Notes: generated from the letters alone by a model not told the origin. Counted from the first letter of the stretch, positions 9,714 to 20,147 are shown. The stretch: DNA of 64,000 nt from Collinsella sp. (GCA_048321375.1 DBFDVR010000013.1:17543-81542); one strand, 5' to 3'. Made by a program: numbers and translations.

Positions 9714-12713
9714 ATGGTAAACGATTTGAGCGGTATAGACGACCTCGAGCTGATGCCGCTGGGCGGAGGCTATATGGTGCGACGCGAACGCTTGATGAAT
9801 GAGCTTATCGCCAAGGGCCGAAAGGCCGGCATCGTGGTTCTTTATGCGCCCGACGGGTTTGGGAAGACCTCGGTGCTGCTGCAGTACACCCATGAGGTTA
9901 AATGCGACCCGACTCGAGGTCCCGTGCGGATTATCGAGGCCGATCGCGCCACTGGGCGCGAGGTGTTTATGCAGCTCGAGGTGGTTATCGAAGAACTCAA
10001 AGACAAACCGCACTCCCTTATCGCGATTGATAATGTGCCAAACCTCGATCAGCACGATACCGAAGACCTCATCGACAGGATTCGCGGCCTGCGCGCTATG
10101 GGGGTAGGGGTCTTTATCTCCTGCCGTCCTTCAAATCGTCAGCTGATTCATGGGCTGGGCGATTCGGTTAAGATCAACGCGCAGATGCTCAAGGTGCATG
10201 CCTATGAGTATTCGGCGTGGGCATCGGCGTTTTCGATCAGCACATCGCTCGACTTTTATCAGCTCACGCAGGGCGTGCCCGAGCTCGTTTCGGCATTGCA
10301 GACGGGTCTGTATGGCCAAGGTGACGTAGCCGGTCTGCTCGAAAACGAGATTGTCAACGTATATGGCGCGGCACTTGTCGATCTGGCTTCGCTCGACAAT
10401 AATGCGCTGTTTTGCGTGGCATGTCTCATGGTTTTGATGGGCGAGGGCAATATCGCAGAACTCGAGGCCTGTGGGGTGAGGCTGTCGATGGTCGACCAGT
10501 CCTATTTTGTGCGCGACTACCCGATCTTTGGCTTGGATCCCGCCGAGCGGAGTTTTACGTGTCTGGGCACGGAGGATAACGGACGCTTGCGCTTGCGTAA
10601 GTTGGTGGCCGAGGTCCGCCCCGAACTTGTTCCGAGGGCGGCCCGGATTTTGCTTAAGGCGGGCCGATGCGATGCGGCGATGGGCCTGGCGGACGCCTTT
10701 TTGGACCGTGAAGCGGTCCTTGAACTTGCTGGGCAGTATGGGGTCGATCTGGCTCTGACGGGGCACGGGGCCGATATCTGCCGAGCGGCGCTGGGCACGA
10801 TCGATGCCGACGATCCGGCTCCAGAGCCAACGCCTGCCGAAGCGCTTGGCGTATATCTGGCAGCGGTCAGCGTGTCCAATACAAAGCTCGCTCGCTATAT
10901 GGCATCGGTCGTCGAACGCGGGGGCGAACGGGCGGCCTGCGAAATAGACCCTGTTTCATGGAGGGTGGCCCAGGCGCTGACGGCTGTTTGCTATGGGGAC
11001 AACGGGCTTGGGCTTCCTACGAACCTGGCCGTGCCAGAAATAGAGACGTCCCACACCGCACTCGACATGCTGTCCGCGCATATCGAGGTCAAGCGCTGCC
11101 TGACCGAGCGGGGAGATGACGGCGGCGTTCTACAGCAGCTCAAAACGAGCAAGGCCTACGACTGCGAGCTCGACATCGCGGGGATTGTTATACGGGCCGA
11201 TAGTATGCTGGTGGAGCTCTTTGACGGGTCGTTTGCGGGAACCGACGAGCGCGACGACGAGATGACGGTGGTGCGGGAGGCGCTCGACGTACGTGGGCTT
11301 AAGGCGATGGCTATCTGGGTGCGCATGGTGTTGGCGGCACGGCGGCTCCTTTCCGGCTTGCCGGTAACCGACGATGCGGCGTTCAACGAGCTCGATCGTT
11401 TTGCCGTGCGCATGCGCGACAACCAGATTCAGCTGTTTGGCCTGTTGCTAGAAGGCTGGCAGTCGCTGGCAGAGGGACGGCCGGTCAATGCAAAGTTCCG
11501 TGCGGTCCAAGTGCTCAAACTTGCCGAGGAGTCGATTGCGTACATGCGCGATAACGCATTGCTGCTGGAGCGCGCGGCATATCTACGTAACACCTCGATG
11601 GTTTCGGTGCGCGAGGAAGCGGAGTTGCTCGATATAAGCCAGACGCAGGTTGGTGGAGCGGAGGCCTGGATGGTGGCGCTGCATTTGGCCTGTGCGGGCC
11701 GAGACAGCGACCTTGCGGCCTGGATGTCCATGAATCGTGCGGGGATTCTAGAGCCATCGTATCGGCTCTTTGCGCGCCTTGCCATGCATTGTCTGGGCGA
11801 GCCGGCGGGCAGGATACGCAAGAAGCTTCCCGTGCGCGAGCTGTCGCGGTACTCGCTGCGCGACGATTTGGAAGGGGAGGGCGAGCGTCTGTTCCAGGCC
11901 GGCGAGGCTGAAGCCGTTGATACCATCGACCATATCGAGATTCGCATGTTTGGTGCGTTTCGCGCCGAGCGCGACGGGTTTCCCATCACGGACAAAATGT
12001 GGCGCCGCAAGAAGGCGGCGACGCTTGCCGAGCGGCTTGCGCTGGGCATGGATGCGCTCGTCGATCGTGAGACGCTGGCCATGGAGCTGTGGCCCCATGC
12101 CGAGTTCAATAGCGCCCGCAACAATCTGTACTCGACGATATCGCGCTTGCGGTCGGCTTTGGGGCCGACGCCAGACGGCAAGTCGTGTGTGCTCATCCAA
12201 AATGAATGCATCGGACTCAACGGCGACTACGTCAAGACCGATGTACGGCTGTTTGACCAGATAAGCCGCGAGGTTTTGGGAAATCGCACGGGTGCGCGCG
12301 GGCCCCATCTGGTCGAGTTGTGCCTTAAGATTGAGCAACTTTATGCCGGACCGCTGTATGTCCCCAATGGCTGTAATCCCACCTACTTTTTGCGTATGCG
12401 ACGCATTATGCAGTCAAAGTACATCGATTGCATGATTAAGGGAGCAAATGCCGCTCTAGAAGAAAACGATCTGCAGTCGGCGATTTGGCTGGCGGAGTCG
12501 GGGCTTCGGCAGGAAACGTCGCGTGAGGATATGGTGCGCTGCGCCATGCGCGTCTACAGCGCGGCGGGGCGGCGGCGCGATATCGTCGAGCTGTACAGCG
12601 GGCATATGCACCACCTGAGGGAGCAGGTCAATGGCGTGCCCGAGCCCGAGACGCGGCGTCTATACGAGCGCTTGGTGGAGGGTCGGCTCAACCGCGTGCT
12701 GGTCGAGCGATAA
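9714..12713 (+). CDS. Large STAND-like transcriptional regulator with MalT-like NTPase N-terminus and C-terminal wHTH+BTAD
   Basis: RRERL...APDGFGKT P-loop; IRMFGAF...LWP...ARNNLYSTISRLR...TDV...LYAGP...PEPET BTAD-type tail. Confidence 0.8.
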   Translation: MVNDLSGIDDLELMPLGGGYMVRRERLMNELIAKGRKAGIVVLYAPDGFGKTSVLLQYTHEVKCDPTRGPVRIIEADRATGREVFMQLEVVIEELKDKPHSLIAIDNVPNLDQHDTEDLIDRIRGLRAMGVGVFISCRPSNRQLIHGLGDSVKINAQMLKVHAYEYSAWASAFSISTSLDFYQLTQGVPELVSALQTGLYGQGDVAGLLENEIVNVYGAALVDLASLDNNALFCVACLMVLMGEGNIAELEACGVRLSMVDQSYFVRDYPIFGLDPAERSFTCLGTEDNGRLRLRKLVAEVRPELVPRAARILLKAGRCDAAMGLADAFLDREAVLELAGQYGVDLALTGHGADICRAALGTIDADDPAPEPTPAEALGVYLAAVSVSNTKLARYMASVVERGGERAACEIDPVSWRVAQALTAVCYGDNGLGLPTNLAVPEIETSHTALDMLSAHIEVKRCLTERGDDGGVLQQLKTSKAYDCELDIAGIVIRADSMLVELFDGSFAGTDERDDEMTVVREALDVRGLKAMAIWVRMVLAARRLLSGLPVTDDAAFNELDRFAVRMRDNQIQLFGLLLEGWQSLAEGRPVNAKFRAVQVLKLAEESIAYMRDNALLLERAAYLRNTSMVSVREEAELLDISQTQVGGAEAWMVALHLACAGRDSDLAAWMSMNRAGILEPSYRLFARLAMHCLGEPAGRIRKKLPVRELSRYSLRDDLEGEGERLFQAGEAEAVDTIDHIEIRMFGAFRAERDGFPITDKMWRRKKAATLAERLALGMDALVDRETLAMELWPHAEFNSARNNLYSTISRLRSALGPTPDGKSCVLIQNECIGLNGDYVKTDVRLFDQISREVLGNRTGARGPHLVELCLKIEQLYAGPLYVPNGCNPTYFLRMRRIMQSKYIDCMIKGANAALEENDLQSAIWLAESGLRQETSREDMVRCAMRVYSAAGRRRDIVELYSGHMHHLREQVNGVPEPETRRLYERLVEGRLNRVLVER

Positions 12714-12782
12714 AAAACGGGCGCCCGAAGTACTTGGGCACCCGTAAGCTTGCTATATGTTGGCTCGCCGGATCATTGACTC

Positions 12783-13082
12783 TTAGACGAGCTTGATCTT
12801 CTCGATGTCCTTGCGCGAGGACTCGCGATACAGCGAGAACTTGCGGCCGATGACCTGGACGACCTCGGCGTGGCAACGCTCGGCGAGCTCCTCGGCGGCC
12901 TCGCGGGCAGAAAGGCTGGAGCCGTCCAGCACAGAGCACTTAACGAGCTCGTGCTTCTCCAGATAGGCGACTGTCTGCTCGACGGTGCCCTCGTTGACGT
13001 CGGACTTGCCGATGATGATGGCGGGGTTGAGGTGATGGGCCATGCTGCGAAGCTGCTTGACCTGTGCTCCTGTCAGTGCCAT
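12783..13082 (-). CDS. yhbY: YhbY/CRM-domain RNA-binding protein
   Basis: LRSMAHHLNP.IIIGK...HELVK...VQVIG. Confidence 0.93.
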   Translation of the reverse strand: MALTGAQVKQLRSMAHHLNPAIIIGKSDVNEGTVEQTVAYLEKHELVKCSVLDGSSLSAREAAEELAERCHAEVVQVIGRKFSLYRESSRKDIEKIKLV

Positions 13083-13240
13083 GGGTTCTCGCTTTCTATG
13101 TATGGGGCGCCCCACGACGGGGCCTTAATCTACGTGAGCTGTCCCACGATAGCGCAGGAACGGCGCGGTGTGGGGCGCGTTTGCCCAGTTCAAAAAGAAT
13201 GCGGATGCCGAGTGAGTGGGCGGTGCGGGCTGCGAACAGG

Positions 13241-14128
13241 CTATGAGCTGGGCGCAGAGACCGGCTCCCATGCAATAAACGCCCAACGAACCTTGCGGAC
13301 ATGATCGAGCATATAGCGCCCCTGCGGCACGCCCTTGGAGCCCGGCTCACCGGCATGGGGGTTCCCAATCATGTGCTGGGCGATGTAGTCGCGCAGACGG
13401 TCGACCTTATCCTCGTTGCCATGCTCGAGCATACGGGAAAAATCTGCTACGCCCGCTTCAAGGTTATCGAAGGTATCGCGACGAGGCGATTCAAAGTACG
13501 TAACCTGCGGCAGGGCACCCATCTGAATGAGGATATTAAAAGCATACACAAAGCCATTACTGCAGGTAACCGAGGCACCGATGGCGTTCATCAGGTGCAG
13601 GTCATAGCGCGGGCTGGAGTTGGCGACCATCGTGACAGCACAATGCCGACGAGCCGTACGATCAAGCTTGGCAAGCGCGCCTTTTAGATTGGTCGTCGTA
13701 ACCGACCGACTGGCAAAGGCAACATCCACCGCTTTCGCGACCGGTCCAACCAAATCCCAATCATCATCCCAAGCAAGCTCAAGCGGCGTTATGCGCCCCT
13801 CGAGCCCGTAATACTCAATGCCGGCATCAAGCGTGCCCAGCATAGCGGGGGAGAAGTCGGCAGCAATCACAGGATGCCCAGCCTGAGCAAGCGGAATAGC
13901 AATCGACCCAGCCCCACACCCCATATCCAGCACGGATTCACCAGGCTTTAACGCCAACAGCTTTATAAAATCTCGGGCATACGGAGCAGTCTCAAGCGGC
14001 CGAAAATGCCGAGCCCTTTTATCCCACTCAAAAGAATCATCAGCCCGCCGCCGATCAGCTTGCAGACGCATCCACTCCTGATTCCAATCAACAGAAAGAA
14101 GCTCAGAGCGAGCATCCCCATCAACCAC
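13241..14128 (-). CDS. Class I SAM-dependent methyltransferase
   Basis: VLDMGCGAG and DFSPAML; GGAGG RBS before GTG at 14128. Confidence 0.88.
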   Translation of the reverse strand: MVDGDARSELLSVDWNQEWMRLQADRRRADDSFEWDKRARHFRPLETAPYARDFIKLLALKPGESVLDMGCGAGSIAIPLAQAGHPVIAADFSPAMLGTLDAGIEYYGLEGRITPLELAWDDDWDLVGPVAKAVDVAFASRSVTTTNLKGALAKLDRTARRHCAVTMVANSSPRYDLHLMNAIGASVTCSNGFVYAFNILIQMGALPQVTYFESPRRDTFDNLEAGVADFSRMLEHGNEDKVDRLRDYIAQHMIGNPHAGEPGSKGVPQGRYMLDHVRKVRWAFIAWEPVSAPSS

Positions 14129-14231
14129 GGGCCAACCTCCTAGCAACAAAAAAGCGACTCCTCCTAAAAGAAGAGCCGCAACCAGCATATATCAGAAAGA
14201 ACCGTTCCAACGCCAAACCGCCCTTACAACC

Positions 14232-14445
14232 AAGGCGGGCAGGAGCGAAGCGACTGCCATACGGGATAGAACCCAACTGAGGTCCCGTTGTGCGGGAGCC
14301 CCGGGGAGGGCAAATATATAAGGTCGATCGCGAGTTCCGCACGAGCCGGAGAGCACTTAATGTGCTCTCCGTGCGAGTCAGGACTGTCCGAGCAGGCGAC
14401 CTTATATATTTGCCCTCCCCGGGGCTCCTCGCCCGAACCCCTCAG
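14232..14445. repeat. Non-coding structured element with a 32-bp perfect inverted repeat (14295-14326 / 14397-14428)
   Basis: GGAGCCCCGGGGAGGGCAAATATATAAGGTCG and its exact reverse complement; inner GGAGAGCAC-ttaat-GTGCTCTCC hairpin; GCGAAGC to the left. Confidence 0.85.
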
Positions 14446-15810
14446 CTAGTTCTTCAGCGAGTTCAGCGGCGCCGGGAAGCGTCCGCCACGGTGGGCAAGC
14501 ACGGTGCCGGCGTTGGGGTTCACCGGCATGATGGGCGCACGGCCAAACAGGCCGCCGTACTCGACGCAGTCGCCCACGCCCTTGCCGATGGCAGGAATCA
14601 CGCGGACGGCCGTGGTCTTGTTGTTGATGACGCCGATGGCCATCTCGTCGGCGATGATGCCGGCGATGGTCTCGACCGGGGTGTCGCCGGGGATGGCGAT
14701 CATGTCCAGGCCAACGGAGCACACGCAGGTCATGGCTTCGAGCTTCTCGAGCGAAAGCGCGCCGGCCTCGACGGCGGCGATCATGCCGGCGTCCTCGGAC
14801 ACGGGGATGAAAGCGCCCGAGAGGCCGCCCACGCTGGAGCTGGCCATGACGCCGCCCTTCTTGACGGCATCGTTGAGCATGGCGAGCGCACAGGTCGTGC
14901 CCGGGCCACCGCAGGTGCCCACGCCGATGATCTCGAGGATGCGGGCAACGGAGTCGCCGATGGCAGGCGTGGGAGCCAGTGACAGGTCGACAATGCCTTT
15001 CTCGACACCCAGACGGCGGGCTGCCTCGCGGCTCATGAGCTCGCCGGCACGGGTGATCTTAAAGGCGGTCTGCTTGATCTTCTCGGCGACTTCCATCATC
15101 GATGCGGAGTCGGGGAGCGTCTCCAAGGCAGCAGCCATAACGCCGGGGCCCGAGACGCCCACGTTGATGACGGCGTCGGCCTCGCCACCGCCGTGGACGG
15201 CGCCCGCCATAAACGGGGAGTCCTCGACCATGTTGGCAAAGCAGACAAATTTGGAAGCGCCGACGGAGTCCTGGTCGGCCGTGAGCTTGGCGGCGTCGAT
15301 GATGGTCTGGGCGGCCATGAGCACGGCGTCCATGTTGATGCCGGCACGCAGGCTAGCGACGTTGACGCTGGAGCAGACGCGGCTGGTGGTGGCGAGCGCC
15401 TGGGGGATGGACTGGATGACGCGGCGGTCGGCGTCGCCGATGCCCTTCTGGACGAGTGCGGAGAAGCCGCCCAGGTAATCGATGCCGAGCGTCTCGGCCG
15501 CGCGGTCGAGGGCATGCGCGATGAGGGTGAGGTCCTCATCCTTGCAGCACGCGGCGATCTGCGCCACCGGGGTGACGGAAACACGCTTGTTGACGATGGG
15601 GATACCGTACTCGCGCTCGAGGTTCTCGGCGGTCTCGACCAGGTGCTCAGCCGTGTGCGTCACGTGGTCGTAGATCTTCGTGCACATGCGGTCGAGGTTC
15701 TCGTCGCCGCAACCCATGAGCGAAACACCCATGGTGATGGTCCTGATGTCGAGGTTCTGCTCCTCAACCATGCCGCGGGTTTCCGCGATTTCTGCGGGCG
15801 TGATCGCCAT
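14446..15810 (-). CDS. PFL-like / UPF0210 (DUF711) family protein
   Basis: [43 protein letters not shown] end. Confidence 0.9.
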   Translation of the reverse strand: MAITPAEIAETRGMVEEQNLDIRTITMGVSLMGCGDENLDRMCTKIYDHVTHTAEHLVETAENLEREYGIPIVNKRVSVTPVAQIAACCKDEDLTLIAHALDRAAETLGIDYLGGFSALVQKGIGDADRRVIQSIPQALATTSRVCSSVNVASLRAGINMDAVLMAAQTIIDAAKLTADQDSVGASKFVCFANMVEDSPFMAGAVHGGGEADAVINVGVSGPGVMAAALETLPDSASMMEVAEKIKQTAFKITRAGELMSREAARRLGVEKGIVDLSLAPTPAIGDSVARILEIIGVGTCGGPGTTCALAMLNDAVKKGGVMASSSVGGLSGAFIPVSEDAGMIAAVEAGALSLEKLEAMTCVCSVGLDMIAIPGDTPVETIAGIIADEMAIGVINNKTTAVRVIPAIGKGVGDCVEYGGLFGRAPIMPVNPNAGTVLAHRGGRFPAPLNSLKN

Positions 15811-15918
15811 CCTTGCGCTCCTATCTGCCAAAACGAGCATAATCTTATCTATTCTAACGTGCCGCACGTGCCAAGTGGCGCATGCGGCACGTTTTGGTGC
15901 TCGGTTGTTTCCGTTGTG

Positions 15919-18477
15919 TTACTGCCCAAAGACCTCTTCGGCGATACGGGCGCTTTCGGCGGCGTCCTTGGCGTAGTAGTCAGCGCCGATCTGCTTGGCG
16001 TATTCGGGGGTGAGCACGGCGCCGCCCACGATGATCTTGACGCCCGGCACCTCGGCATGAAGCAGCTTGATGGTCTCCTCCATGGCGACGACCGTGGTAG
16101 TCATAAGCGCCGAGAGGCCGACGAGTTTGATATCGCGCTCCTTGACGGTCTTGAGTACCTCCTGCGGATCGACGTCGCGGCCCAGGTCAAAGACGGTGTA
16201 GCCGTAGTTATCGAGCAGCATTTTGACGATGTTCTTGCCAATATCGTGGATGTCGCCTTTAACGGTGGCCACGCAGATCTTGCCCTTGTCGGCAATCTCG
16301 CCGGCGGGCATCAGGCGCTTGATGGTGTCGAAGCCCACGCGTGCGGCCTCGGCCGAGGCCATAAGCTGCGGCAAGAAGAACTTGCCCTGGTCAAAGAGGA
16401 CGCCAACTTCGTCGAGGGCGGGGATAAAGTGATTGTTGATGAGGTCCATGGCATCGTGGTCTGCCAGCAGACGCTCGGTCTCGGCCGCGATCTCGCCCTT
16501 GCGGCCCGAGACGACCATGCGACGAATCGGGTCGTCGTTGCCGTCGGTGCCGGCGGTGCCCGCGGCAGGCGCGGCATCACTCGATGCGGCCTGAGCTGCT
16601 GCCGGGTTTGCGGCGATCTTATACGGATCGGTCCAGCCGGCGTAGCGCTCGATGTATCCGGTCGAGCCCTCGTCCTCAACGCTCAGGACGCGATAGCTGT
16701 ATACGGTATCCATAAAGCGCTTAGAGCCCGGGTTCATGATGGGGGCGTCCAGACCCGCGCCAAAAGCGGCAGCCAAAAAGACCGAGCCCAGCAGCGGGCG
16801 GGCAGGCAGGCCAAAGCTGATGTTCGACACGCCGAGCGCGCATTTGACGCCCAGACGCTCCTTGCACAGGGACATGGCGCGCAGGATCTGTTCGGCCTGG
16901 CGTTGATTGGTCGAGGCGGTCATGACCAGGCAGTCGATGAGGATGCGGTCCGGGCCAATGCCGTAACGGGCAGCCTCGGCCACGATGTGCTCGGCGATGG
17001 CGAAGCGAGCCTCGGCGGTATCGGGGATGCCGCCTTCGTCGAGCGTAAGGCCGACAACGTTGGTGCCGTAGTGGGCGACCAGCGGAAAGATCTCATCCAT
17101 GATCTGCTGCTTGCCATTGACCGAGTTGATGATGGGCTTGCCGGCGTAGCGGCGCACGGCGGCCTCGACAGCGGCGGGATCGGTGGAGTCGATCTGCAGC
17201 GGCAGCAGCGTGGAGCCCTGGAGCTGCTCGGTGGCCTGTTGGATGATCTTGACCTCGTCGATCTCGGGCAGGCCGACGTTGACGTCCAGGATGTCGGCGC
17301 CCTGTTCCTGCTGGCTGATGCCCTGGCTCACGACGTAGTCCAGGTCGCCGTCGCGCAGGGCCTGCTGCAGGCGCTTTTTGCCGGTGGGGTTGATGCGCTC
17401 GCCGATGACGGCGATCTTGTGGCCGTCGCAGGGAAGGTCCACGACCGTTTGGGCGCTCGTGACCGACATGCTGGGCTTGCGGCGGCGCGGGCTGGGCGTG
17501 TGGTTGTCGATAAGCGTGCGCAAGGCCGCCATGTGCGCCGGCGTGGTGCCGCAGCAACCGCCCACGACGCTCACACCGTCGGCGATCATGCCGGCGACGG
17601 CCTCGGCGTATTCGGGGGCTTGGATATCAAAGACGGTGTTGCCGTCGTCGTCTACATGGGGGAGTCCTGCATTAGCCTGCACCATAACGGGCTTGTCGGT
17701 AACGGTGAGCATACGTGCGGCGAGTCCTCGGAGCTCGGCCGGTCCTTGGCTGCAGTTGATGCCCAAAACGTCGGCACCGATGGCGTCGAGCGTGATGGCG
17801 GCGACCTCGGGGCTCGTTCCTAGGAAGGTACGGCCGTCTTCCTCAAAGGTCATGGTGGCAAAGACGGGCAGGTCGGAGTTCTCGCGGCAGGCGAAGACAG
17901 CCGCCTTGATCTCGGCCAGGTCGGTCATGGTCTCGATAATAAAGAGGTCCACACCCGCGGCGACGCCGGCGCGAACTTCCTCGGCAAAGAGGTCGTAGGC
18001 CTCGTCGAAGCTCAGAGTACCCAGGGGGCGAAGCAGCGCGCCGATGGGGCCGATATCGCCGGCGACGTAGCGGGCGCCGGCCTCGCGGGCGCAGGTGACG
18101 GCCGCGGCAAAGACGTCTGCCACGGTGGCAGCACCGTCGAGCTTGTGGGCGTTGGCGCCAAAGGTGTTGGCGGTGATCACGTCACAGCCAGCCTCGACAT
18201 ATTGACGTTGGATATCGGTGATAACCTGGGGTTCCTCAAAGTTGAGCAGCTCGGGCAGGGCGCCCGCCTTCATGCCAGCGGCCTGCAACATGGTGCCCAT
18301 GCCGCCGTCGAACAGCAGGTGTCCCGTGCCATCGATGGCCGCACGCAGGCGATCGTCCTTAATGCGCAGATCGTCGATCGTGCGCGTCTTGTACGTGGCA
18401 CCGTTGCGACGTGCGGCATCAACAGGTGCCGCCAATGCAGTGCCGTCAGAATCATGAGTGATAAGCGGAGTAAACAT
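15919..18477 (-). CDS. metH: Cobalamin-dependent methionine synthase lacking the activation domain
   Basis: DGGMGT, GINCS, GGCCGTTP, IGERINPTG, GDIHDIGKNIV. Confidence 0.92.
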   Translation of the reverse strand: MFTPLITHDSDGTALAAPVDAARRNGATYKTRTIDDLRIKDDRLRAAIDGTGHLLFDGGMGTMLQAAGMKAGALPELLNFEEPQVITDIQRQYVEAGCDVITANTFGANAHKLDGAATVADVFAAAVTCAREAGARYVAGDIGPIGALLRPLGTLSFDEAYDLFAEEVRAGVAAGVDLFIIETMTDLAEIKAAVFACRENSDLPVFATMTFEEDGRTFLGTSPEVAAITLDAIGADVLGINCSQGPAELRGLAARMLTVTDKPVMVQANAGLPHVDDDGNTVFDIQAPEYAEAVAGMIADGVSVVGGCCGTTPAHMAALRTLIDNHTPSPRRRKPSMSVTSAQTVVDLPCDGHKIAVIGERINPTGKKRLQQALRDGDLDYVVSQGISQQEQGADILDVNVGLPEIDEVKIIQQATEQLQGSTLLPLQIDSTDPAAVEAAVRRYAGKPIINSVNGKQQIMDEIFPLVAHYGTNVVGLTLDEGGIPDTAEARFAIAEHIVAEAARYGIGPDRILIDCLVMTASTNQRQAEQILRAMSLCKERLGVKCALGVSNISFGLPARPLLGSVFLAAAFGAGLDAPIMNPGSKRFMDTVYSYRVLSVEDEGSTGYIERYAGWTDPYKIAANPAAAQAASSDAAPAAGTAGTDGNDDPIRRMVVSGRKGEIAAETERLLADHDAMDLINNHFIPALDEVGVLFDQGKFFLPQLMASAEAARVGFDTIKRLMPAGEIADKGKICVATVKGDIHDIGKNIVKMLLDNYGYTVFDLGRDVDPQEVLKTVKERDIKLVGLSALMTTTVVAMEETIKLLHAEVPGVKIIVGGAVLTPEYAKQIGADYYAKDAAESARIAEEVFGQ

Positions 18478-18486
18478 CGAGGGCTC

Positions 18487-19275
18487 CTAATGGCTGGAAT
18501 AGCAGGTGGTGTGGGCGGCGCGGAAGCGGCAGTGCTCACGCATGCGGCAGATATTGCAGGTGGGGCGACTCTGGGCGTCGTGGACTTCGCCGTCAAACAG
18601 ACCGATCACCGCGGTCACGCTCTTGGTGGGCATGAGCAGGCTGGTGGGGGTGACGGTCAGGCCAATGAGACGCGTGGCGTTGAGTGCATCCACGATCGAG
18701 CGCTGGGCAGAGAGCGGGCAGTCGCCATAGCCGGGACTGAAGCGCCAGTTGCCGGCGAGTCCGTGTGCGGCGGCCGCAGCCTTGACCTGCTGGTCCATTT
18801 GCTCAACGGCGGCTTCCACGTAAGCGGAGCACGCGGCGTCGAGCACGGCGCCCTCCAGGGGATGTTGGGCTCCCGTGATGCGCAGGCGACGCTCGGCGTC
18901 CATGCCGAGGGTGCATGCCATGAGCGCGGCAAAGCGGGCGTCTTTGAGATGACGATAGATATCGCGACCGCGCAGTTCAACGTTGGTGCCGACCAGGCGA
19001 ATGCAAGGTTCTCCCTGCTCGTCCACACCCGTGGCATCGACGGCAAACACGCGGCGCACGCCACGGGGCTCAATGTCCAATTCCAGACGTTCAACGACAA
19101 GCTCAATACGCTGCGACAACTCGGGCTCAATCTGCTGGCCGCCGTAACCCAGATACCGCAGCATCTCGGCACGGTCGACACGGGGATGGTGCGCAGCATC
19201 GACACGGTAAAGCGCCGGCGACGCAAGGTCGGCCGGCACTTCGACAAAAGCTGTATCGATGTGCGGTTTTTCCAT
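18487..19275 (-). CDS. Stand-alone methionine synthase activation-domain protein
   Basis: RFSPGYGD and PTKSVTA motifs; TAATG overlap with metF. Confidence 0.88.
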   Translation of the reverse strand: MEKPHIDTAFVEVPADLASPALYRVDAAHHPRVDRAEMLRYLGYGGQQIEPELSQRIELVVERLELDIEPRGVRRVFAVDATGVDEQGEPCIRLVGTNVELRGRDIYRHLKDARFAALMACTLGMDAERRLRITGAQHPLEGAVLDAACSAYVEAAVEQMDQQVKAAAAAHGLAGNWRFSPGYGDCPLSAQRSIVDALNATRLIGLTVTPTSLLMPTKSVTAVIGLFDGEVHDAQSRPTCNICRMREHCRFRAAHTTCYSSH

Positions 19276-20147
19276 TACCCTAGGCGCTCCATAATGGTTG
19301 CGGCGATCGCAGGACGGTTCATAGTGTACAGGTGCAAGCCGTCGGCGCCGTGCTCCTTGAGGTCGCAAAGCTGGCGGGCTGCATAATCTACACCGGCTGC
19401 CTGCAGGCTCTCGGGGTCGTTCTCGTACTTGGCGAGAATCTTGATGACGGGGGAGGGCAGCGACGCGCCGCACATAAAGACCATGCGGCTGATCTGTGAC
19501 TTGCCCATAAACGGCATGATGCCCGCGGTAATGGGCACGGTGATGCCGGCCTTGTCGACAAGCTCGCGAAAACGGTAGAAGCACTCGTTATCAAAGAAGA
19601 GCTGCGTCACAAAGAAGCTCGCGCCGGCGTCCTGTTTTTGCTTGAGGTGTTCGACCGAGAGGTTGAGGTCCTCACAGGCAATGTGGCCCTCGGGGTAGGC
19701 TGCGGCGCCCACGCAAAAGCCGGCGTCGACGAGCTCGGGGATAAGGTCGCGGGCGTAGGCGTAGTCCGAGGCGGGCTTGTCGTCCTCGGTCGCGCCAGCG
19801 GGAAGATCGCCACGCAGGGCCAGGATGTTTTCCACGCCGGCGGTGCGATACTCGTCGATCTTGGCGGCGATATCGGCGTGCGAGCGGCCCACGCAGGTAA
19901 GGTGTGCCACCGAGGGCGTGTCGAATTCGCTCGTAATCATATGCGCGATGGGGGCGGTGGCGGCACCGTTGCCCGAGCCGCCGGCCGAGCAGGTGACCGA
20001 GACAAAGCTCGGCGAAAGCTTGCACAGATTGCCTGCCACTTCGCGAGCCGTGTCGAGGGTCAGCTCGCCCTTGGGCGGGAACATCTCAAACGAAACGGGT
20101 GCGGTGCCCTGGGATGCTGCCTGCTTAAAAACCTCGTCGACGCGCAT
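19275..20147 (-). CDS. metF: 5,10-methylenetetrahydrofolate reductase
   Basis: SFEMFPPK, AHLTC, LALRGD, YPEGH, TQLFFD, HLYTMN. Confidence 0.95.
   Translation of the reverse strand: MRVDEVFKQAASQGTAPVSFEMFPPKGELTLDTAREVAGNLCKLSPSFVSVTCSAGGSGNGAATAPIAHMITSEFDTPSVAHLTCVGRSHADIAAKIDEYRTAGVENILALRGDLPAGATEDDKPASDYAYARDLIPELVDAGFCVGAAAYPEGHIACEDLNLSVEHLKQKQDAGASFFVTQLFFDNECFYRFRELVDKAGITVPITAGIMPFMGKSQISRMVFMCGASLPSPVIKILAKYENDPESLQAAGVDYAARQLCDLKEHGADGLHLYTMNRPAIAATIMERLG

Noticed and set aside
14129..14188. Signal peptide on the methyltransferase
   Set aside because: The hydrophobic extension arises from T/G-skewed upstream DNA; the GGAGG RBS points to GTG at 14128.
15193..17823. 876-aa plus-strand ORF (similarly 5834-7636, 20523-22547, 38930-40651, 50905-53739, 58638-60530)
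   Set aside because: Antisense shadows of well-supported genes, expected from high-GC codon bias; no motifs.
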